From positions 1 to 64,000 of the forward strand of contig JAUCBJ010007108.1 of assembly GCA_032718475.1 (NCBI GenBank): DNA of 64,000 bases. The letters are read 5' to 3'. Within the stretch, counting starts at the first letter, position 1, and each line of letters starts with the position of its first letter. A program made the translations under genes and the position numbers. Origin of the DNA: Nemertoderma westbladi (Eukaryota; Animalia; Xenacoelomorpha). Of the stretch, positions 1 through 14,100 are shown piece by piece. The notes beneath the pieces are model-generated. The model saw only the letters and a list, made by a program, of their open reading frames with translations, was not told the DNA's origin and searched no databases.

Positions 1-141
1 TACGGAGGAAATAGGTCTTAGATCCTCTAAAAACACCGATACAGCAATAATACGGTCTCTTACACTTATTAAATCAACTACAGAGTATTTTAATGTAAAA
101 GATAATAAAAATAACGGGGCAATTCAGCAAAGGCTTTTACA
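1..141 (-). mobile_element. End of a diverged LTR related to the BEL/Pao LTRs at 24148-25317 and 41609-42788 (element continues left of the window)
   Basis: Collinear similarity to 25186-25317 (tcctctaaaa.cacc, caactacagagta, aaaataac, gcaaa.gcttttaca), ending in the same GCTTTTACA terminus at 141. Confidence 0.75.
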
Positions 142-186
142 GTATATAAAGCAGAAGGTTATTGCAGCTGTACCGACAGAATATAA

Positions 187-840
187 ACAACTTTTTTTTG
201 AAATTTTGTTTAAAAAAATTATGGCATTTTTCGTTTCAAAAATACCGAAAAATTGAAAAAATCCTAAATTTCGCGATTTTTTACGCACAAAAAATGCCAT
301 AACTTTTTTTAAACAAAATTTCAAAATTCTGACAACAATTTTTGTGCAGAATATTCATCTACTACATAATTCTGCAAACAGAACGAAAATCGGTTGAGTT
401 GTTAAAAAGTAGATAGAGAAAGTGTCCCAAAAAAAGCCAATGCGAGAAAAATAACATTTAAATTTCCTCCTGATTATAACTGACCAAACATGCACTTAAA
501 GTGAAAATTTTTAAAAAATTTTCAAATATGACCTTCGCGTTGGCGGTTTTGATACCTATAGGCTAATTTTTAGCGCTCATTCCGAAAATGACAAAATGTT
601 TCGACATTTCTGGGTGTTTCATTGTCTTTTTTGGTGTCAAATGTGGTGCTGCACCAGAATTAAAATTTTTCAAATTTTGGGTGAAAATTACAAAAGTTGC
701 CATAATTCGAGAACAAAACAACTTATCGAAAAACTGATTTCAGAGTCAGAATCACCATAAAAGTTTACATTGGAAAACACATGAAAAAAATCGGAAGAAA
801 ATAAGACTGGGGGTGAACGATGACCCCCCCCCCCCCCCCT
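187..840. mobile_element. Truncated copy of the Kolobok-like foldback MITE (full copy at 5957-7071)
   Basis: Highly similar to ~6440-7071; ends ...CCCCT followed by TTAA at 841-844. Confidence 0.75.
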
Positions 841-863
841 TTAAGAGGATATAATTAGTGTTT

Positions 864-1137
864 GCGCCCATGTGAAGAATACCAGGATTTCACTTTTCGG
901 TCGACTTTTTATTGGAATTTTATATATGAAGATTTTTTATTTTTTTTAATTTATCTTTATTAAGTGTTTTATAGCGCTTATTTCTGTCTTATAACCTGTA
1001 CATATACTAATTCGTTTATTGTTTTGGTTAGATTCAGCCCTTCTGTAACCTGTGGTTTTGGTGAAAATTGGGTTAACTTGGGGTAACTGCAAAGTGAAAT
1101 ATAACGGCAGAAAGTCTGGTATTCTTCACATGGGCCC
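864..1137. mobile_element. MITE with ~20-bp TIRs and 6-bp TSD
   Basis: GCCCATGTGAAGAATACCAG ... CTGGTATTCTTCACATGGGC; flanking GTGTTT at 858-863 and 1138-1143; second partial copy at 59757-60019. Confidence 0.8.
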
Positions 1138-1838
1138 GTGTTTGTGTATGTGTTTTGATGTAATATAAAACTTCAAATTCGCGTAAGTTGATGAAGTTAA
1201 CATATCCTGGAGTGGAGGCCTGTTGCGCGTAGCGCTTTAAACTAATAAATGAACTACAGTAAGATAAAATACAAGAAAATAAAATACAAAAAAATAAAAA
1301 ATATTGCGATTTTATCCAGTTTCATATCCTAAACGTACAAATTAAATTAATTAAATAAAATGAATAAAAAGTAAAATAAATATACAGTACTTTGTGGGCA
1401 AAAAAGAAAAGAAAAAAAAAAGAAATCACCTGAGCTGTTGCTGGTTGGATAGGCTAGTCACCCCCCCCCCCCCCCCCCCCCTGATAGCAGTTGATAATAC
1501 TAGCTTCGGCTACTTCCAACTACTATCAGTGCACTATCAATATTCAAAAACTAAATCCCTTTAATAGAAATTATTAAATTATTAAAGGCTTACCCTGCGA
1601 ATTAAAAATAATGATATTATTGTTATAATTAATGTGTACGACCATTCGGTATAAATAAAAACAAATAATAAATAAAAATAAATAATAGCGGTGAAAACTG
1701 AAAGAAAAATTGTCAAAATGCCAAATGTCTACACTGCAGTACCGGTACTGTTTTATGTACCATTTTTTTAAAAATAATTATCCTATAATATATACCCTGC
1801 TACCAGACTACAGGTCTTTTCACCGGTACGGGTACCGG

Positions 1839-2913
1839 TGTCCCAGTCAAAATTGCCCCCTGTAGAATACGCCCCCCCCGGGCGTAATCGCCTAGCGCGT
1901 AATGACCCCCCGGGTATACTCGCCTAGCGCGTAATGACCCCCCGGGTATACTCGCCTAGCGCGTAATGACCCCCTTCCGCGCCAAATGCCCCACCCCAAC
2001 TGCAAAGAATTAAGATAAGATTCAGAATTAAGATACTAAATAAGCTGACAGTGCAGCAGTTAACGGTAACGGTAGGGCTGCGAATTAATATCCCGCCTCA
2101 ATGTTAAAGTCTCAATTTAGGGAAAGGAGCAGGTTACAGTGGCACGTTATTTTAACCAAAACAATAAACTAAGCACAATAGAACAGGTTACAGTTTTATT
2201 TTTGAGAATAATCAGCTGTTATTTGCGTCGAATTTCCAGCCCACCCCCCCCCCCCATATATTGGCATTCGTGGGCTATCTTGTGTAACTAAACTGAAATC
2301 GAACCTTGCTCTTAATTCAATTCAAGTTAAGAGCCAGACTTGGTCTCGAATTGGAATCGATTTAATAGGGCCGCTACCGTTGACGCTGAAGGGAAATGCG
2401 TATATAATGACATGTACGGACTACTTTACTAAATGGCCCGAAGCCAAGGCTCTTCCTGGAAAAGACTCGCGTTGCGGAATTTCTGTACGAATTGTTGACT
2501 CGCTACGGGGTGGCGGAGCCGGAGATCGTGATGTCAGATCAGGGACGTGAGTTCGTGGCAGAAGTTAATGAGCAGCTTTTTAAGTATTACATTAATACCA
2601 CCCACTGTACATTGTTATGTATCATTGTATATTGTTTATGGTATTCTGGTATACTTATGATATGTAATAAATAGGCCTAATGTAATGTGTAATGAAATTA
2701 CAATTGAATCCCTTATTTCAAACCATAAAATCACCGGGGGGGGGGGGGCATTCTGCGCGGTAGGGGGCCATATGGCGCTAGGCCTATGTGACCCGGGGGG
2801 GCATTTGGCGCTAGGCGAATATGCCCCCCTGGGCATTCCGCGCGGGGGGGGGGGGGGGGGGGGGGGGGGTGGGGGGGGGGGGGGGGGGGATATTTTCACC
2901 TGTGACTGTGACA
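1839..2913 (+). mobile_element. Internally deleted Ginger DNA transposon (Gypsy-like integrase fragment between TIRs)
   Basis: Termini TGTCCCAGTCA...TGACTGTGACA; flanks CCGG/CCTG; inverted subterminal CGCCTAGCGC repeats; 2356-2580 translates to IDLIGPLP..TDYFTKWPEA..SDQGREF (rve integrase core, frameshifted). Confidence 0.75.
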
Positions 2914-4989
2914 CCTGTACCGATATACACAGTCTGACAGTCAGATGCCCAGGCGGTCGGCACCACAAATACATAATTGGCCAACTCAAATTCAAACTTG
3001 AAATGTACCTAGTAAATCACTGGAAGTGACTACGCCTACTACTGCAGTACCGTACTGTAGGCCTACTGTCTGACAAGTTCAATCTTGAAATGTACCGTAC
3101 CGTAGTAAACCACTGGAAGTGCCTACGCCTACTGCTGTACTGTCAGACAATCTGACCGTACAGCCGTACGCATACCAGACTGGCATACAGCCGTATGCTG
3201 GTATCAGGTATGCAATGAAAACCGATTAGACCTCCTAGCTGCCTATGGCCTAGATCGCCTCGACTGTAAAAGTTAACTGCAGTCTGCCCCAGACCTGCCT
3301 GTCTGCAGAACTGGCAAGTGGATGACTGCAGACTGGTAGCGATAGGTACAGTACCGGCTGACCGGTACACAATAACCAGACTGCCAGATAACGTAGGTAA
3401 CCAGTTGCCAGTACCCACCCCCACCACCCACTCCACGTCCACACCATGCTGCCATGCAGCCACCAGGCAGCCAGGCACCAGCCGCAGCTATGCACACGTC
3501 AGCGGTCAGCAGGCAGCAGCAGCAGCACTCAGCATACACGCACAATTTTTTAAATAATGGAATCTGTTGCTATGGCTGTATGGTTTGGCCCTGGCAGCCT
3601 GGGTCCACAATTCTTCGATTTCAACCACCATCATACGTCCATACATGCCATACTACAGTACTATCAGTCAGGGAGATCATCAATTTTGTGGTTACCCCAA
3701 ATTTCGAATTCTGGTAATAGACTGTCTGACTGTCAGACTGTCGAAAATTGGGGTTTTTTGTTCAAATTTGAGGTATCTTTAGGCTCATAATATCGAGTGT
3801 TGCTGCGACTTAGGGAAACTGTTGGAGCAACTTCTACTTTTAATATGTTAAAATATAATGTAAAATAAGAACTTTTATCGGAGCAACTTCTACTTTTAAT
3901 ATGTTAAAATATAATGTAAAATAAGAACTTTTATCGATGCAATAAAATATTTCACCGATGCAAACATGCTTTTATTGGGGCGAAAATTGAAATTTGAGGT
4001 TAAACCTCAAATTTAAGACAAAACCTCAAATTTCGCCAGTCTTTACAACATCACCAGCCTGCCAGCCGTAGGGTGTAGCAGTAGGCTTTGCTGCTTAGTG
4101 CTTATATCAGTATAGAGCTTGGTGAGAATGGGTGACCAGTGTAACCTGTGACATGACATGTATGCAGGGTAGGCTTAACCTTACAGCACAGCAACTTACA
4201 GTCAATAACTTTAATGATTGTTAACTCCGTTGGTGATTGGTGAGAAAATTCAGAAGACTAGAGAAATCGCTATCCTTACAGCCTTACTGTTGGTAAGAAG
4301 AACAGTAGACCAAATCCTCACTGTTGCGAGATTCAAGCTCACACAGCTGCACAGTCACAGACTCAGGAAGGCCTACTACAGTACTTTATCTTATAGATGT
4401 TGAATCAATTCCAGATTTGGAAGTTTACATATTCTGGCATTCATCTGTTCTGTTCATCATTCATATCACACATCTTCGGAAAAAAATATGTTTTCTGGTT
4501 GTTGATGTCCTCTTTAAAACCTTGTATATCAAATGAAGCCATTCGTCTCCTGACAGCCTGAAGACTTATGTAATATTCGCCTGCCCTAGCTCTATCTGTC
4601 AATTGGAATACTGTACCATCATTCTTCCACAGTTTGGAGCCAATATCTAGACAAATGTTGGGGCCGCAAAGGTTGACGTGGTTTATACAATATATGTGGA
4701 CTTGATTCTTTTGTTAGTTATTCTATACGACTGGAGACTATAAAGTTGGAACCACTACCTACTGCAGTAGGCCTATACATCAATTAAAGATCAATTTGAT
4801 AATGTGCTTTAAACTTATATGTAAAGATCTGAACCTGATCCTCCATTACAACAATGTGCAACATCCTCGCAGACTATTTTAATATCCCAGCCAGACATCC
4901 AATGCAATCATGACCTGGCCATATATATAAAATTATGAAGCAAAGGCCATGCCCCCGCCCCGCCCATCTGCCCATGCTGCCATGTCTGC

Positions 4990-5105
4990 ATGTTCCATAC
5001 AACACCTCTTCTTTATCAGGGTCATTAACATATGGAACATGCTGGACCTGGAACACAGTAGAAACATCATCATCACTAATCGCTATTCTTTTAAACAGTC
5101 TTTAG
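4990..5105 (+). pseudogene. 3' relic of a CR1/L2-type LINE ORF2
   Basis: Translation HLFFIRVINIWNML...SFKQSL matches the FF..R.I..WN.L...FK..L C-terminal motif of non-LTR RT proteins. Confidence 0.5.
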
Positions 5106-5414
5106 ACTCTGCTTTCTTATCAAGACATCTGAAATGTTTTAGAAATCTAAGTGACTGTTTGTTTATACTATACATACGATACATACATCCTTTTAAGTTG
5201 ACCTTATGAGGAACCAGAATCATTGATAACTTGGGCAAAAAGTATAACCTTTTTCACTAACCTATTCTCGTGGCTTTATCTCATCTCTGGAGTACACCTT
5301 GCAGGCACTAAAGTTGCATTGCAATAGTGTGTAGGGATGGATTTTGCTCAAATTTCGATCAAAAATTTTGATCAACACATTCAATGAAATTTTAGAAATT
5401 CCACCAAAAATATT

Positions 5415-5670
5415 TTGGCACTTGTGTCAAATCAAATAGGTGACCCCCCTAATCTGCTAATCCTGAAATCACCAGCTAATCCTGAAATTTAGTGCAGGGC
5501 AGGTGATATCAATATTCCTAACTCTTGTTTATTGTTTTTTGGTTACTTTTACCTCTCAGCCTCTGTAACCTTTGCTAACCCTGTAGCCGGGCACTTCGTG
5601 AAAGTGACTTTAGTTTAGGTGATTTCAGGATTAGGAGCTAGGAGGGTCCCCTATTTGACACAAGTGCCAA
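5415..5670. mobile_element. MITE
   Basis: TIR TTGGCACTTGTGTCAAAT / ATTTGACACAAGTGCCAA plus internal inverted CTAATCCTGAAATCACC / GGTGATTTCAGGATTAG. Confidence 0.65.
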
Positions 5671-5956
5671 TGTTTTATTTTACTTTTTTTACCGGGAGAA
5701 AAAGTAAAATCAATGCAAAATTATGGCTCTATGGTACATTATTATGTGGCAATATTATTCAATATTATTGTAGGTTGCTGTGTTCGTGTTGCCGACTTTG
5801 CAAAAGCTGTGCCCAACAAAAATTACAATATTCAGATATTATGGGGACAACTTTTTCCCTACCAGTAGGGAAAAAAGGTAGGCCTACTACTTTTTCTCCG
5901 ATTTTACGGCATATTCAAGCAAAAAAAGTAACAATATAAAAGTATAAGTTCTTTAA

Positions 5957-7071
5957 GGGGGTCACCCCCAGTCTTTTTTTTCATCATATTTTTTTTAATG
6001 TGTTTTCCGATGTGAAATTTTATGGTAATTCCGAATCTGAAATCAGTTTTTCGATAAGGTATTTTGTTCTCGAGTTATGGCAACGTTTGTAATTTTCACC
6101 CAAAATTTCAAATTTTTAAATTTTGGTGCAGCTCCACATTTGACACCAAAAATTACCATCAAACACCCATAAATGTGCAAATATTTTGCCATTTTCGGAA
6201 TCAGCGCCTAAAATTAGCCGATAGGTATCAAAACCACGAAAGTAGATTATATTTGAAAAAATTTTCACTTTTGGTGCATGTTTGGTCAGTTGTTATCAGG
6301 ATGAAATTTAAATGTCATTTTTCTCGCATTGGCTTTTTTGGGACACTTTCTCTATCTACTTTTTAACTACTCAACGGACTTTCGTTCTGTTTGCAGAATT
6401 ATATAGAGGAATATTCGCCGCAAAAATTGTATAGACAGAATTTTGAAATTTTGCTTCAAAAAAAGTTATAGCATTTTTCGTTTAAAAAATACCGAAAAAT
6501 CTAAAAAATCCAAAATTTAGCGATTTTTTACACAAAAAATGCCATAACTTATTTTTGAAAAAAAATTTCAAAATTCTGTCTATTCAATTTTTGCGGCGAA
6601 TATTCCTCTACATAATTCTGCAAACAGAACGAAAATCCGTTGAGTAGTTAAAAAGTAGATAGAGAAAGTGTCCCAAAAAAAGCCAATGCGAGAAAAATGA
6701 CATTTAAATTTCATCCTGATAACAACTGACCAAACATGCACCAAAAGTGAAATTTTTTTCAAATTTTTCAAATATAATCTACTTTCGTGGTTTTGATACC
6801 TATAGGCTAATTTTAGGCGCTGATTCCGAAAATGGCAAAATATTTGCACATTTATGGGTGTTTGATGGTAATTTTTGGTGTCAAATGTGGTGCTGCACCA
6901 AAATTTAAAAATTTGAAATTTTGGGTGAAAATTACAAAAGTTGCCATAACTCGAGAACAAAATACCTTATCGAAAAACTGATTTCAGATTCGGAATTACC
7001 ATAAAATTTCATATCGGAAAACACATTAAAAAAAATATGATAAAAAAAAAGACTGGGATGCCCCCCCCCCC
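5957..7071. mobile_element. ~1.1-kb foldback (palindromic) MITE, Kolobok-like
   Basis: Left and right ~530-bp arms are near-perfect reverse complements (ORFs 6064+ and 6960- give almost the same translation); TTAA before the GGGG terminus, TTAC after the CCCC terminus. Confidence 0.75.
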
Positions 7072-8119
7072 TTACTGCCTTAAGCTCTGTACTTCGTTTT
7101 ATATGTCTACCATCTGATCATACCACCCCCAGACCCCACTGCACCCCTACCCACTACCAGTAGCCTTTTTAAGTATAAGTCTTTTTAAACCTATACTGAA
7201 TATGTTTTAAATATTATATTTCACAACACTCAGACACTAGGCCTACATCAGTTTATTTTTTTACCTTTGCAATACAGTAACAAGCTAACAACTACTGAAC
7301 TAGGCCAACTATGACTTACTGTCTGTATCTGACTATGCTGCTATGAAATTCAAATTTGGGGTAAAACAAAAATTTAGAGAATTAACCTAACCTTGTATTA
7401 AATTTGAGGTAATTCCAAAATTGGGTCTATAATTTGAAATTTGAGGTATTCTCAAATTTGATGATCTCCCTGACTGACTTGACTATGGCAGTATGGATCG
7501 ACCGAATTTAAAATTTTGCCGAACCGAACCGAATTTGAAAAAAATTCGGCAATTTTGGTACCGAATAGGCCTACCGAATATTGAACAATTTGACACTACA
7601 GTGCCAAGGTTATAATATTCAGTTTTAAATGTAAATGTAAAAAATTTGTCAAAAAATTCAGTATTTACTAAAAAAAAGAAAGGAGGAAAATCGACTACGG
7701 TACTACTACTGTACTATAAAAACTACGGTTTTTGTGAGTCCATCTAACTCTAACAGAGTGCAGGTGTGACATTCTACTATGCAAATTACCAATAGTACTA
7801 TCTACACGATTTAAATTACACTTGTATTGTTGTATACACGTTTTGCAAGCGTTTCCCACTCCTTTGTACTCTTTTGTACTATTTTTGCACTTTATTGTAC
7901 TCTTTTGTACTATAGGCCTATTGTATATTGTACTACCGGTAGGCTATTTTGTACTTTTTTTGTACAAATTCGTCGGACCCCTATAACCGACAGATCAGTA
8001 TACTGGTATGGTATACCTATCATGTCCTACATTTTCTGTTTTCTGATGTGCATTTATTATTATTGTAGGCCTAATTTATATATCTGTATATTATTATATT
8101 GTTATTATTGATATATATA

Positions 8120-11100
8120 ATGGCCGAAATACCGATAATTAATTTGTCAGGATTTACAAGTTTAACTGATGTTCTTTCTGATCTACCACTCCCGGCACCT
8201 TTACCAAAACATTCTGCTAATTTATTAGACAAACCCGAACTAGTTGCTCGAGCTCGACAACTCCTTCACTGTCAAGATGAAGCTCTTGTTTCGAAATTGG
8301 TAAATGCATTAGGTTCTGTATCAACGGAATATCTGGACTTAAAGAACCCTAATATTAATTCCGACGTAATCAATCATAATGAATTACCTCCGTTGCTACA
8401 AGCTGTGCTACAGAAAGATCCACATGTTTTTAAGAAACAACGTTTGCACCGCAATTCCCCCATAACTACGAAGTTACCTGAGACTACTTTAGTTGCTACA
8501 GAAGTAGATGAAGCCGGGATTGAGTCTTGCGATACTGCGGAAATGGAATCGAAACAACAGCCTTCCGATATTCCGCTATCTAACATTGATGCGCCTTTCT
8601 CTCCCGAACAGAGTCCGGGTTCCCACGCCCTTCCTCAGTTCATGTCGTCTTCGTCACCCATCCGTCCAGCCCGTCCGTGGCCACAAGTTACCAAATACAA
8701 CCTACTTAACTCCTGCGGTGTTGTCTCCCAGGAATCAAATGCCTTAACTGGCAACCCCGTTAAGGATGAGCCTCCAGGATACGGCTCCTCCTTGAATATC
8801 ATCAACCAATCAGCAACCTTCCAAATGCCGCAGAAGAAACAGATCCTAAAGAAGCAGCACGAGATGATGGGGAATCACTATCCCGCGGTCCATCTCACCG
8901 ATGTTATGGATCCGAGCCGTGCCGGGAGTAAACCCATTAGTAGCAACGGTACCTCGGGCTCGGAGTGTCGGATGTTGCATCCGGTGGTCGTGCTGGAGCG
9001 CACGGTCTCGGAACATCTCTTCCAACAGGCGAGCGAGACTTCGGACGTCCGTGAGCCCGGGAAGAAGTCCCGCGAGTTGGACAAACTCAAGGACTACTGG
9101 CAACCGGACCCCGGGGAGGCCGACTTCTCTACTCGGAAGAGGAAGGCCGCCTCTGTCGCCCAGTATAAGTTTAAACACGAGTTCAACCAGGGCGCCGACG
9201 TGCCCAGTCCGGATTCCGGCGAGGACTACCAGCGGGTCACTAAGAGACGACGACTCGACAGCAGTGGGGAGTCCGAACCCGACGACGATGGGGTGGCTCC
9301 GCATAAGAGGCTGGTCTCTCGGAAGGATTTCGCAAAGGTTAAAGCCGGTCGATTTCTAACCCGCGAGGAGATGCTGGAGTCCCGGGTTTATTCTCGGTTT
9401 ATTTCCGCCATCGATAATGTATTGGAGGCCGTGGAGGAGCTCGACATAGTGGCCGACGTCACATCTGTCGACGACGAATGGGAATGCCCGCCCGAGTTTG
9501 TCATTCCGTTGCCCGCCGTCAAAGAGTTATCCACCTTAACCGCCGAATTCAAAAGCATCGGAGGTATGAAACAGGTTTCCCATAAGAAACTAGTTAAGTT
9601 GCTGCAGCTTCTCGATAAGAACATTCGCGATGCGTGTCGATCCCGACTGGATCAGGAGCCGTCGTCCACGGCAGGAGAGGACAGGATCTGGCGGCAACTG
9701 ATGCTGGACAAAATCAACAGATCTCTCGAGTCCACCCTCATCACTCTCAACATTCTCACTTCCAATGAGATGCCGAAAAAGGTCTATCTGGAAGACGCCA
9801 TTGAGGATTCCATCGCGTTCACTAAGTTCCACCTCACCAACACCATTTACCCGCGGTTCGATCCGGCCTACAAAACCGGTGACTCAAAGAATAAACCTTC
9901 GGCAAAGGTTTTACGCGCAAAAGGTCCCAAAACGGACACGCGATTCCTCATCATGTACAACAAGTTGTGCGAGATCGTCAACTGTTTCAGCGTGTTGGTC
10001 CAATGCCAGGAGTTAACTGACACTCTCATCCTCCCACTTTCCTCTCTCGCTATCAGTACCTTCTTCGTCGAGAACGTCTCCGAACTCCAACTCAATGCGC
10101 TCAAACTCACCACCGTTATCTTCTCCATCTACCCCGCCCATCGGCAGCTCATCCTCGACGACATTCTCGCCTCGCTCTCCCGGCTCCCCACCACCAAGAA
10201 GAACCTCCGTGTGTTCGCGGTGTCGGACACGGAATCAGTGCAGATGGTGACGGCCTTGGTGCTGCAGCTGGTCCAGGGTTGCGTCGTCCTGCCGAGGGAC
10301 GAAGGCCGCGAGGAGGAATCCATGTCGCTCGCCGCCCTTCTCAACAAGTCGAGTAAAAAACAAGCCGGGATCAATGCGGAGAACAAGAAGAAGGACCAGA
10401 TGCAGGACTGCGACGTGATCCTCCAACAAGCCTACGACAACTCCTCCCGAGTCGCACAGAGTTTCCTCAGCGTTTTTCTCTCAAAGTGCAGCAGTAAGTG
10501 CGGCGAAGAGGATTTCCGTCCGATCTTCGAGAACTTCGTCCACGACCTCCTAGTCGTCGTCAACCAACCCGAATGGCCAGCCGCCGAGCTCATCCTCAGC
10601 CTCCTCGGCTTCCTCCTTATGAAGCATTTCTCGAACCGCTCCACCGACATGTCGTTGCGAACTGCCTCGCTCGATTACCTCGGGATCGTCGCTGCTAAGC
10701 TGCGGAAGGACGGCGTCAGCGGGGAACACAGCGTCGACGAGATCAAGTCCATCCTCGAGGAGATTGACGAGGCCAAAGTCGACGACGATGTCGATATAAC
10801 GCAGCGATCGCAACACGAACTCTGTAGATATCTAACGGCTAATAAGTCGGTGGATTGTTCGTTCGAATTCGCGAGGAACTTTTATTTCGCTCAGTGGTTT
10901 AAGGATTGTTCGTTGGAAGTGGAGAAAGCCCAGGGATCACCTAACAAGAAGCAGGAGGTCGACTCTGTAGTCGACATGGATGATGTTAATGCTAAAGTAC
11001 AAGTTGTAGAGAAATGTCGGGAATTTCTGAGAAGTTTAGTTAGCGATTGCGAAAGTGAAACTAAAAAGAACACCGTGTTTTTAACGGATAAACAATCTCA

Positions 11101-14100
11101 CGTTTTCTCTATTTACTTGGCGTCTAAACGTTCGTTTAATCGATCCTTCAATGTCTATTTAACTCAGATCCTACGAACTCTAACTGAGAACGCAGTGGCC
11201 GTTCGAACCAAGGCGATGAAGTGTCTGGCCTTGGTGGTTGAATCGGACCCAGGGATTCTAGCGAGGAAGGACATGCAGCTGGGAGTCCACGGTAGGCTCC
11301 AGGACTCCTCCACCAACGTCAGGGAGGCCGCCATGGAGCTCCTCGGTAAGTTCATCCTGCTGAAACCCCAGTTGGTGGACCAGTACTACGACATGATCGT
11401 CACCCGTATCCTAGACACCGGGGTTACTGTTAGGAAGCGGGTTATTCGCATCCTCAGGGACATCTGTGTTTCCCACCCCGGATACCCGAAAACAACCGAA
11501 ATCTGCATAAAAATAATTCGTCGTGTCAACGACGAGGAAAGTATAAAGAAACTGGTTAACGAGGTGTTTACATCAATGTGGTTCACGCCGATAAAGGCGA
11601 GGGATGAGGATCTCCTCATTAAGAGGGTTCAGTGTATCAACGATGTCGTCGGGGCGTGTATCGACAGCAGGGGTGGCGGCCTCGAGTGGTTCGAAGCCTT
11701 GCTCGCAAACCTGTTCACCGCGGAGGACGGGAACAAAGCGAGCGCCGAAACATCCGCCAACCTCAAACAGATTCGTCGCGCTTGTCAACAGATCGTTGAC
11801 TGTTTAGTCGAACACGTTCTCAACATCGAGGAGCGAGAAGCCGATAAAGAGGTTGACGATGAAGCTGCAGGTAACAAGCGGGTGGTGGCCTGCATGGCAA
11901 CCCTCTACCTTTTCTGTAAAGTTCGACCGGAATTGGTCGTGATCCACGCGGAGACACTCCACCCCTATCTGTCCACAAAGTGCTCCAATAAACACGACCT
12001 CCTTATAATTGACTACGTTTGCAACATCCTTGAGATACTTATGCCTCTCCTCTCCAACCCGTCCCCCACCTTCTTGGCCACTATCGAGGAGGCCATGCTG
12101 AAGATCATGATGAACCAGAATCCGCGACAGGTTCAGAGTTCCATCAGCTGTTTGGCCGCCGTCATTAACGGGGTTAGCCACAACGTTAAGTTCGCCTACG
12201 ATTGCTTCAAGCGGTTCTTCGATTGTCTCGAACAGATCCGCGGAGTTATGGACCGCAACTCATTGACCTCGATGGATCCGCAGCGCTACAGTTTTATGCT
12301 CCGGTCGCTATTCGTTACCGGTTTATTCGCCAAACATTTCGAATTAGATAAAGATTTAACCGATTCTGACGATAATCACGATAACAAAACTCCGTTGAGC
12401 GAGAAAACTTACGATTTATTGTTTAGTTTCAGTGAGCATAAATTCGTGGAGGCGCGTTTAAAGGCCATTAATGGTCTGGGCTTCCTCTGTCTGTCCAACC
12501 CCCATCTCCTACTGGGGCACCGGATGCGCGAACTCTATACGGACATCATGGAGAATGGGTCCCCGCGAATGAAGGCCGCCGTTTTGGGGAATATCCAGGG
12601 TTACTTACAGTACGAGGAGATCAGATCCAATAAAATCGACTTGATGTGGTCGAAACGCGCCAAGGATGAGGACCTAAAGGAGATGCAGGACGTTCAGTCC
12701 GGGATGGCGAGTTCCGTAATACAGATTTACCTTAAACTAATATTCGATACTTGTTTCAGTTTGGTGACGGATCTGCGAGCGCTCGCGCTCAATGTGATCT
12801 CGTTGACGCTTCAGCAGGGACTCATCCACCCAGTCCGGTGCGTTCCTTACCTGGTCGCCATGGAGTCCGATGTGGACGCGACGATTCGCGATGTAGCTTC
12901 TGCCGAGTTGCTAACCATCGAGCGGAAGTACCCCGGCGTCATACAGATGAAGGCGACCCAAGGCGTCCGGGACTCCTACCGACTGCAGTGCGCGCTCAAC
13001 CCGCCCTCCAAGAACCGCCTAATCGTTCGGGGATTCCGGGACGAGGCCTGTAGACGGGCGCATTGCCACCATCTCTACACGGTAATCCGTTCGAGTCGAC
13101 AACATCGTCGAGCTCTCGTCGTTCAACTCCTCACTCTCCTCGATTGCAACGATTTGCCTCTCGTTCTCTACCTCTGCGACAATCTCGCCTACTTCCCGTA
13201 CCAAACCCAGGACGAGATACTCTTCCTCGTTCACCACTGCGATGTCTGTCTCTCCGTTACTGGCACCGACATATTGAGTAACTTCCAACGCGCCATAGTT
13301 CCGAAACCCTCGGGTCTGGAGGAGGGCAAATCCTACTCGGTTCTCATCGAGGACCTGCCGCGGAAGAGCGTCGCGCAGGAGGAGACCCTGGATGAGGTTC
13401 TAGAACGTATCCCGGACAACCCGACTCCGGCTCTCTGGGATTGGTACGAGTCTATGCTGTGCTCCTCCTTGCAGGTCTATCTGAAGACCTTCCTGAAGGA
13501 GGCGTATGCTCTGAGTGAGCAGCGGTGCCAGCAGTACTCGCCGACGGACGCCTCCAAGTCGAACGATAAACCGGCGAGTTGTCGCGCCTCGTCGATGGAG
13601 TTCCGACCCGCGCCGGTGTTGGCCTACCTCGAACGGCTCAACGGGTCGCCGCTCACCCCGGACGTTAAGCGAGAGATTGCGGACCAGTACCTCTGGTACA
13701 AGGACACCATGTTGTGTTTGGACCCGGTGGAGGAGGAAGTTTCCGACTTCCCGCCTCCCGGGGCTGACGGGACCGATCGGCCGCCACCTCGGCTCCCCAA
13801 GATGCGGATCCATCTCGCGGCCACCGCGTTGACCGGGTTGCGTAGCGACACGACCAGTCCGTCGTTGTCCACAATGAGCGGCGTGACAGACGCGTCATCG
13901 GGAGCGACGGACCAAGTTTCCATTGGAGATGACATCATAGATGACGTCGTTCCGGCACCGGAACCGGAACCGGATGAGGCGACCGCAAAGAAGAAGAAAA
14001 GTAAACGCGGTAAAGATAAAAAGCCAAAGAAAAAACAGCGTAAGAAGAAAAGGAAGAGGTATTCCTTCTTGAGTAGCGAAGGGACATCGGGGGATGGCGG

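Larger units (their letters stand above)
3666..7476. mobile_element. Possible hAT-like non-autonomous element carrying nested insertions
   Basis: Inverted ends CAGTCAGGGAGATCATCAA / TTGATGATCTCCCTGACTG, with AAATTTGAGG subterminal motifs near both ends; no TSD recognised. Confidence 0.45.

Noticed and set aside
124-7071. ORFs 124-324, 6064-6366 and 6580-6960 as protein genes
   Set aside because: They lie in the arms of a foldback MITE and mirror one another
8099-8119. TTG start for NIPBL given by the ORF track
   Set aside because: Eukaryotic gene; the ATG at 8120 directly precedes the conserved N-terminal motif
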